Below are positions 26,859 to 32,000 of a stretch of 32,000 nt of DNA, piece by piece; the stretch's first letter is position 1, and every line of letters starts with the position of its first letter. Both the position numbers and the translations under genes were made by a program. The DNA is taken from NCBI RefSeq assembly GCF_008000775.2, contig NZ_CP042905.2, positions 150,001-182,000 on the forward strand, in the 5' to 3' direction. Below the pieces are notes generated by a model that searched no databases, was not told the DNA's origin, and was given only the letters and a program-made list of their open reading frames with translations. Origin of the DNA: Promethearchaeum syntrophicum. Lineage in GTDB: Archaea; Asgardarchaeota; Lokiarchaeia; Sigyniarchaeales; Promethearchaeaceae.

Positions 26859-27103
26859 TTATTTCCTAATATCGCCAAAACTACAAAAACAATAATTGCT
26901 ACACCGTATAATCCAATAAATAGAAAAGTTCTCTTTTTTTTATTTTTTTTCTGTGTTTTGAAGAATCCGGCGCATTCCGCAGAACAATATTCACCAAATT
27001 CGCCTTCTTCCTCAGGAACCATCTTTGTGCACTTAGGACAATGTTTATGTGGGAAAACTGTTGATTTACTCTTATATTGATCATATTTAGACATTAAATT
27101 CAA
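26855..27103 (-). CDS. Small Zn-ribbon protein with C-terminal TM helix (DUF2116-like)
   Basis: HKHCPKCTKMVPEEEGEFGEYCSAECAGFFK has a CxxC...CxxxC pattern. A basic stretch and the hydrophobic helix FLFIGLYGVAIIVFVVLAIL follow. Its stop overlaps the convergent lysK stop by 4 nt. Confidence 0.5.
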   Translation of the reverse strand: MNLMSKYDQYKSKSTVFPHKHCPKCTKMVPEEEGEFGEYCSAECAGFFKTQKKNKKKRTFLFIGLYGVAIIVFVVLAILGNN

Positions 27104-27140
27104 TTAAAGAAAAGTGTGATTCCATAAAAAATATTTCAAT

Positions 27141-30100
27141 TCACTTCTTCTTTCTAAAAAATTTAGGTTTTTTTTGTAATAGGACTATAATCACTGAAAT
27201 AAAACTAAAAATAAATATAATTGGATAAAAATTATCGAAATTGGGTTCTTTATTAAATGGATACAATAGAATTAGGAAATCATATTTAAACCCATCTTTA
27301 TCTTTGACTGTAATCCATAATAATAAAAAATTATTTACCAGATCGGTTTCTAAACTCTTTTCTATAAATGTTCCTTTACTAAAAAATTTTAATTTGTCAG
27401 GAATGAAAATATTTGTTTGGAAATGATTAGATGTGCTATCATAAGAAAAATCGAATGTTGGTATTTCAATAGGATATATAATATTAATAAATCCATTATA
27501 AGTGAAAATCGGAATAATAGATGCAAAAATAGATAAAGAATCAATTGAATCTTCTACATCATAGGGTGAAATATTAATCTCATAACTATCATTAAGAGAA
27601 ATAGATTGAGGATAGAACCCGTTATCAGTTTTAGTTTCAGAAAATAATCTTGAACCAAATGTTGAATCATCTAAATTAATTTCGGGGGCATTATTTCTAA
27701 CTGGAAAAATATATCTATCGGGAGTAAAATCATAATAATTTTCTGTATTATTAACTATGCTATATGTTATTAAACTTCCACTAAGAGATATATTTGATGA
27801 GTTTAATTGAAAAGTTTGATTCTCTCCAAATGTTTGAGGAAGAAATATTTCATTCAAGCTATTTTGGGATTCGTACGAATTTGAAATAACAGCAATATAC
27901 GGTTTAGCTGAAATTTGGGTTCCATTAGTATCATATTTCAATTGTATAGGATCATTTGAAAGACGAATAATTTCGTCAACATTCATAGTAATATCAGTAT
28001 AAGAGAAATCTGTCAAATTATAAAAATAGAGAAAATTTCGACTAGAATATTCAGTGAGAACAACTATGCTCAACTCATATAATAGATCTGTTGCATCTGA
28101 AGAATTATATGAGAATAATCCTAAAAATTCACCTTCATTCAATTTTGGATTTAATTCTATTGGTTTAATAGTTCCATTTCCATAAATTAGATTACAAGTA
28201 ATATTTTCAGAAGAATTGAGACCAATAATTGGAATTTGGTCTTCTGGATTGAATACATTGATGTTTAATTCTATATTTGAGGAATTTCTTACAATATTAG
28301 TTGAAATTTTGACAGGATCCGTAGAAATCATAGTTTCAACTATGTTTTTTAGCAAATTGGAATGGTTACCATAATATAAGGGATTATTATATAACTCACC
28401 AGCAAATGTGTTAAAATCTCCTAACCCTAAAACGACTCCTTTTCCTTGAGATCTTCCATTATAACTTGCTGCGAGAATTTTACCTTGAAATTCAGCTAAA
28501 ATACTTGAACTTGAATTTACACGAAAAGTATTACCCATTTTAAACAAATATTTATCTACATTAGAAAAAATGGGTGAATTATTGTTGAATTCTGTAATAA
28601 TTTTTGTATTATATGATGAGCTTAAAGCGTTTTCACTAAAATCTAACAAATTTTCATTATCAATGGAAAATCCTACTCCTAATTTGGAAAAAAGATCATT
28701 TATCGAGTTTACACACATCATTTCAAAATTTGTTCCTAAAAACAAAATAGAACCACCATAATTAAAATAATTAATAATAGCATCTATTTCATATTCTGAA
28801 TATGGTAAAATCGGTGTTTGTAAAACTAATATATCTATTTCTGAAAGTCTTTGCGGTGATATTATTTCACTATCTTTCCAAGGAGAATAATTTGAAACCC
28901 AATCTTCCATGGAATATCTCAAACTGTAATTTAATTTATACAAATCATACATTGAATGATAAAGATCGATCTGAGAAAGACCTAAGAAAGGTGGTAGTTG
29001 ATTGATATCATTTAGACCGTGATATGAATCAAACAAAATTTTTCCTTTCGGAAATGCTATTCTGATATCAATTAAAATTTCATCAAAAGGTTCTCCTGTA
29101 TTTACATCTTTAACTCTTAGGTATCCTTTTCTTGTACCAACACTTGCATTTTGTTGAATTTTAATTTTTAATGGAATTGAAATTATTTCATGATCTCCTG
29201 AATTAACAAAAATTTGATCATAAGAGAGTTGAATCCCTTCTAAATTGGGAAATTCGAGTTCTAATGAAAGCTGTTTTCCACAATAAATCGAAAGGTTCAT
29301 TTGTTGTTCATCTCCGGGAAATTTTAACAAATCATATGGAGAGTAAGGAATTTTGTTTGGGAAAACTTTAGCCTGATTATTTATATCAGATTGATTTAGA
29401 TTTTGTAGATATTTTAATGATCCAGGAATGTTTAAAATTCCTGCACCTTGAGACAATCCATACCCTTCAGGGGATGGTCTTTCTATTTCATTAGCCCCAA
29501 AAATTAATGCGTTTCTAATAGATTCAGGTGAACAACTAGGATACGCTTCCAATAATAGAGCCACAGCACCAGCTACCATTGGACACGACATACTCGTCCC
29601 TGATAATGGGATGTAAGCAAAATTTTTATCAGAATCGATATAATTGTTTTGAAAACGATTTTTATATCCTAATAGTGAATTTTTAGATTCCACCGAAAAA
29701 ATATTTACTCCAGGAGCACAAATATCTGGAATTAAGTGATTATCTGAAGTTGGTCCAATGCTACTAAAATCTATAGTATGATTATTTATATCAGTTGCAC
29801 CAATAGAAATTGAATATAAACTAGTAGCGGGAGAACCAGATGAAAAGAAATTAGGTCCATTATTTCCTGCAGAACATATAACAACAATGCCACTTTTAAC
29901 TGCTTCATTAATTGCTAAATTTTGGGGAGTTAAAACTTCAGGACTTAAACTACCAAAACTCATACTTATTATATCAACATCTTCTTGCATACACCACTCA
30001 ATTGCTGCAATTACATCATCTTCACGAATTGTTCCAGATGAATTAGAAACTTTGGCATTTATTAGAAATGCCTCTGTAGCCACACCTCTATATTTTCCAT

Positions 30101-30863
30101 CTGAAATACTTCCACTCCCAGCAGCGATACCTGCACAATGAGTTCCATGTCCATAATCATCATATGTATAATTTTCTTTGGAAATGTGATCTTCATATGT
30201 AAAATTTCGGCTTTTAATTATCCTTGGGTGTTTTGGATTACCATCAAAAAAAAAATCGGGATGTACTGTGATTCCAGTATCTAAAATTGCTAATTTTACT
30301 CCTTTTCCTGTGTATGGCACTTTATTTGCTCCGATAGTATCGATCCACCAGTTTTTTAAGCTAAATGGCCGAGACCAATTATTTAATAAAAAATTATTTT
30401 GTTCAAGAATACTCTTTTGATGATTTCTGCTTATATATTGAATTTGATCCAAAGATTCAATTTGATTTATCAATGTTTTTAATTCTTCACCAGAAATTCG
30501 TAATGATAAGCAAGGAATGATATCATAATTATAAATTATTTGGGCATTTGGGGTATAATGTGAAGTGAATTCCAAACGATTTAACTTTGAATAGCGATTA
30601 TTGAAATTAATAAGAATGTCATATATTCTTTCTTCAGAATTCTGATTTTTTATATCTTCAACAAGCTTTTGCTCTATTTTTTGGGAAGATTTTTCATCTT
30701 TTATTTCAGTTTCGATATTAACATTTCTTGGAAAATCATTTATAAAGTTCGGAACTGGCGAATTTTCAATTAATTCTGGGTTTAATATAAATGGAATTGA
30801 ATTATTAAAGAGAAACAAAAAAAAAATTACCAAGATTATTTTTTTTATTATTTTTAAGCCCAT
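27141..30863 (-). CDS. Subtilisin-like (S8) serine protease, secreted and C-terminally membrane-anchored, 1240 aa
   Basis: The signal-like N-terminus is MGLKIIKKIILVIFFLFLF. The catalytic triad contexts are VKLAILDTGI (Asp), GHGTHCAGIAAG (His) and SGTSMSCPMVAGAVALL (Ser). About 700 aa of unassigned extracellular sequence follows, then a terminal TM helix plus KKPKFFRKKK. Confidence 0.9.
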   Translation of the reverse strand: MGLKIIKKIILVIFFLFLFNNSIPFILNPELIENSPVPNFINDFPRNVNIETEIKDEKSSQKIEQKLVEDIKNQNSEERIYDILINFNNRYSKLNRLEFTSHYTPNAQIIYNYDIIPCLSLRISGEELKTLINQIESLDQIQYISRNHQKSILEQNNFLLNNWSRPFSLKNWWIDTIGANKVPYTGKGVKLAILDTGITVHPDFFFDGNPKHPRIIKSRNFTYEDHISKENYTYDDYGHGTHCAGIAAGSGSISDGKYRGVATEAFLINAKVSNSSGTIREDDVIAAIEWCMQEDVDIISMSFGSLSPEVLTPQNLAINEAVKSGIVVICSAGNNGPNFFSSGSPATSLYSISIGATDINNHTIDFSSIGPTSDNHLIPDICAPGVNIFSVESKNSLLGYKNRFQNNYIDSDKNFAYIPLSGTSMSCPMVAGAVALLLEAYPSCSPESIRNALIFGANEIERPSPEGYGLSQGAGILNIPGSLKYLQNLNQSDINNQAKVFPNKIPYSPYDLLKFPGDEQQMNLSIYCGKQLSLELEFPNLEGIQLSYDQIFVNSGDHEIISIPLKIKIQQNASVGTRKGYLRVKDVNTGEPFDEILIDIRIAFPKGKILFDSYHGLNDINQLPPFLGLSQIDLYHSMYDLYKLNYSLRYSMEDWVSNYSPWKDSEIISPQRLSEIDILVLQTPILPYSEYEIDAIINYFNYGGSILFLGTNFEMMCVNSINDLFSKLGVGFSIDNENLLDFSENALSSSYNTKIITEFNNNSPIFSNVDKYLFKMGNTFRVNSSSSILAEFQGKILAASYNGRSQGKGVVLGLGDFNTFAGELYNNPLYYGNHSNLLKNIVETMISTDPVKISTNIVRNSSNIELNINVFNPEDQIPIIGLNSSENITCNLIYGNGTIKPIELNPKLNEGEFLGLFSYNSSDATDLLYELSIVVLTEYSSRNFLYFYNLTDFSYTDITMNVDEIIRLSNDPIQLKYDTNGTQISAKPYIAVISNSYESQNSLNEIFLPQTFGENQTFQLNSSNISLSGSLITYSIVNNTENYYDFTPDRYIFPVRNNAPEINLDDSTFGSRLFSETKTDNGFYPQSISLNDSYEINISPYDVEDSIDSLSIFASIIPIFTYNGFINIIYPIEIPTFDFSYDSTSNHFQTNIFIPDKLKFFSKGTFIEKSLETDLVNNFLLLWITVKDKDGFKYDFLILLYPFNKEPNFDNFYPIIFIFSFISVIIVLLQKKPKFFRKKK

Positions 30864-30980
30864 TTCAAGTTCTCGAGTAATTTAATAGTATTTAATCTTT
30901 AATCTTAAGTCCATATATAATAAATTTTTTAATTTATGTCGATTTTCTTAAAATAATAATTAGGATATAGATGAACCACC

Positions 30981-31172
30981 GTGGGATTATATAATTTAGT
31001 TGAACAATTACTTCCTCATGAATTTTCCATTTATCAATTCATGGCAGTTTTAGACATGGATCGCGAAGACGCAAGAGAAGCACGAAATATATTAAAACAA
31101 TTTTATCTTCGTGGATATATTAATCGAATTTCAAAGAATATGTATTCGAAAACAATTTCTAACAATAAATAA
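30981..31172 (+). CDS. Small hypothetical protein, possibly winged-helix-like
   Basis: It is 63 aa with a GTG start. The helical pattern is FSIYQFMAVLDMDREDAREARNILKQFYLRGYINRI. No firm motif was recognised. Confidence 0.3.
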   Translation: MGLYNLVEQLLPHEFSIYQFMAVLDMDREDAREARNILKQFYLRGYINRISKNMYSKTISNNK

Positions 31173-31221
31173 ATATTAATAAATTTTTTATTCAATTTTT
31201 ACATAATAAATTAGATTCTTA

Positions 31222-31611
31222 ATGAAGATCTGCCTTTCATGCGGTAAATGTTGTTATAATACTGAAATGGAATTAAGCAAACAAGATATTATTAGGATTG
31301 AGGATCAAAATACATTAGGGTTAAGGAAGGATGATTTTTGCATTGAAACAGATGGATTTCTTAAATTAAAAAATATTGATAATCATTGTATTTTTTTAGA
31401 TCCAAACACAAAACATTGTAAAATTTACTTATTTAGACCAACAGGATGTAAGTTTTACCCTCTAATATTCAATCAAGAAAAAAATAAATGCGTAATCGAT
31501 GAGGATTGTCCTTATAAAAATAATTTCTATGTGCATAAACCAATATTAAAGAAAAATTGTAGAGAATTAAGAAAATGGGTTTCTAATGAATTATTTAATA
31601 TTTCGGATTAG
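31222..31611 (+). CDS. YkgJ/UPF0153-family cysteine-cluster protein (CxxCxxCC Zn/Fe-chelating domain)
   Basis: It has CLSCGKCCYN at the N-terminus, then HCIFLD...KHCKIYLFRPTGCKFYP, which is the characteristic second half of the family. Confidence 0.72.
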   Translation: MKICLSCGKCCYNTEMELSKQDIIRIEDQNTLGLRKDDFCIETDGFLKLKNIDNHCIFLDPNTKHCKIYLFRPTGCKFYPLIFNQEKNKCVIDEDCPYKNNFYVHKPILKKNCRELRKWVSNELFNISD

Positions 31612-31960
31612 TCACAAATTGATTAAAGGCATTTTTTATTTCATTTCTTATTTTTTCCATTTTTTGATTATTTATTTGTAATGATCTTCTCTCTATAACA
31701 ATTTTTAATGAATTTAATATCTCTGCAACCCAAAACTCGGTAAATTTTTCATAGTTTTTATGATTAGGGGTAATGTAGGAATTTAATCTATTTTCTACTG
31801 ATTGATAGGATAATAAGAAATAAATCATTCTGTTCAAATTATATTCATTATCTGTTTCTTCAAAAATACCAGGGTTATTATCAATGAAAGAAACCATAAG
31901 GTTAGAGATATTTCTGACAATATCACCTTCATGAATTTCTTCATAATCCACGAAAAACAA
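31595..31960 (-). CDS. Hypothetical protein; may continue beyond the right edge of the window
   Basis: The ORF track begins at a TTG at 31960, but the same frame has no stop up to position 32000, so the true N-terminus may lie outside the window. No motif was recognised. Confidence 0.4.
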   Translation of the reverse strand: MFFVDYEEIHEGDIVRNISNLMVSFIDNNPGIFEETDNEYNLNRMIYFLLSYQSVENRLNSYITPNHKNYEKFTEFWVAEILNSLKIVIERRSLQINNQKMEKIRNEIKNAFNQFVTNPKY

Positions 31961-32000
31961 ACTTTGGGATTTTGAAAAAATAAAATTTCGTAATCTTGCA

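Noticed and set aside
26899-27084. Alternative-frame 61-aa ORF on the minus strand.
   Set aside because: It lies within the 82-aa Zn-ribbon gene in another frame. The 82-aa frame has the CxxC...CxxxC motif and a TM helix, and this one has neither.
27241-30141. Four plus-strand ORFs (27241..27426, 28570..28761, 28802..29005, 29887..30141).
   Set aside because: All are antisense to the S8 protease gene, whose catalytic triad motifs fix the coding strand.

Overview
This is an AT-rich archaeal chromosomal segment in which the only GC-rich islands are structural RNAs. All family assignments come from reading motifs by eye. No searches were run.

Contents from left to right:
- The 3' part of an Obg-family GTPase gene.
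- A minus-strand 16S rRNA followed by tRNA-Ala(UGC), with no 23S or 5S after it.
- A plus-strand operon encoding a tandem Roadblock/LC7 (MglB-like) protein, an unassigned 299-aa protein, an MglA-type small GTPase and a small membrane protein. It converges on two translationally coupled V4R-domain genes.
- A probable SRP (7S) RNA.
- An orphan 387-aa gene, a TFB paralogue, an MtaB-type radical-SAM methylthiotransferase, tRNA-Glu(CUC), a UPF0148 zinc-ribbon protein and eS17.
- A PKD-repeat surface protein.
- A Flp/Tad-like type IV pilus locus (Flp-like pilin, TadV/FlaK-like peptidase, secretion ATPase, TadC/FlaJ-like membrane protein). An Orc1/Cdc6-family ATPase and a small wHTH gene are tightly packed inside it.
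- uL3-uL4-uL23, with the ribosomal-protein cluster stopping after uL23.
- ABCE1, class I LysRS, a small Zn-ribbon membrane protein, a 1240-aa membrane-anchored S8 subtilase, and three small genes.

I saw no CRISPR array, transposase or integrase.

The two neighbourhoods most worth follow-up are the roadblock / unknown (DENN-like?) / MglA / V4R cluster at 3.5-7.4 kb and the Orc1/Cdc6-containing pilus locus at 14.5-20.9 kb. The lineage cannot be fixed without a database search. The content is compatible with an AT-rich, Asgard-like or other uncultured archaeon.
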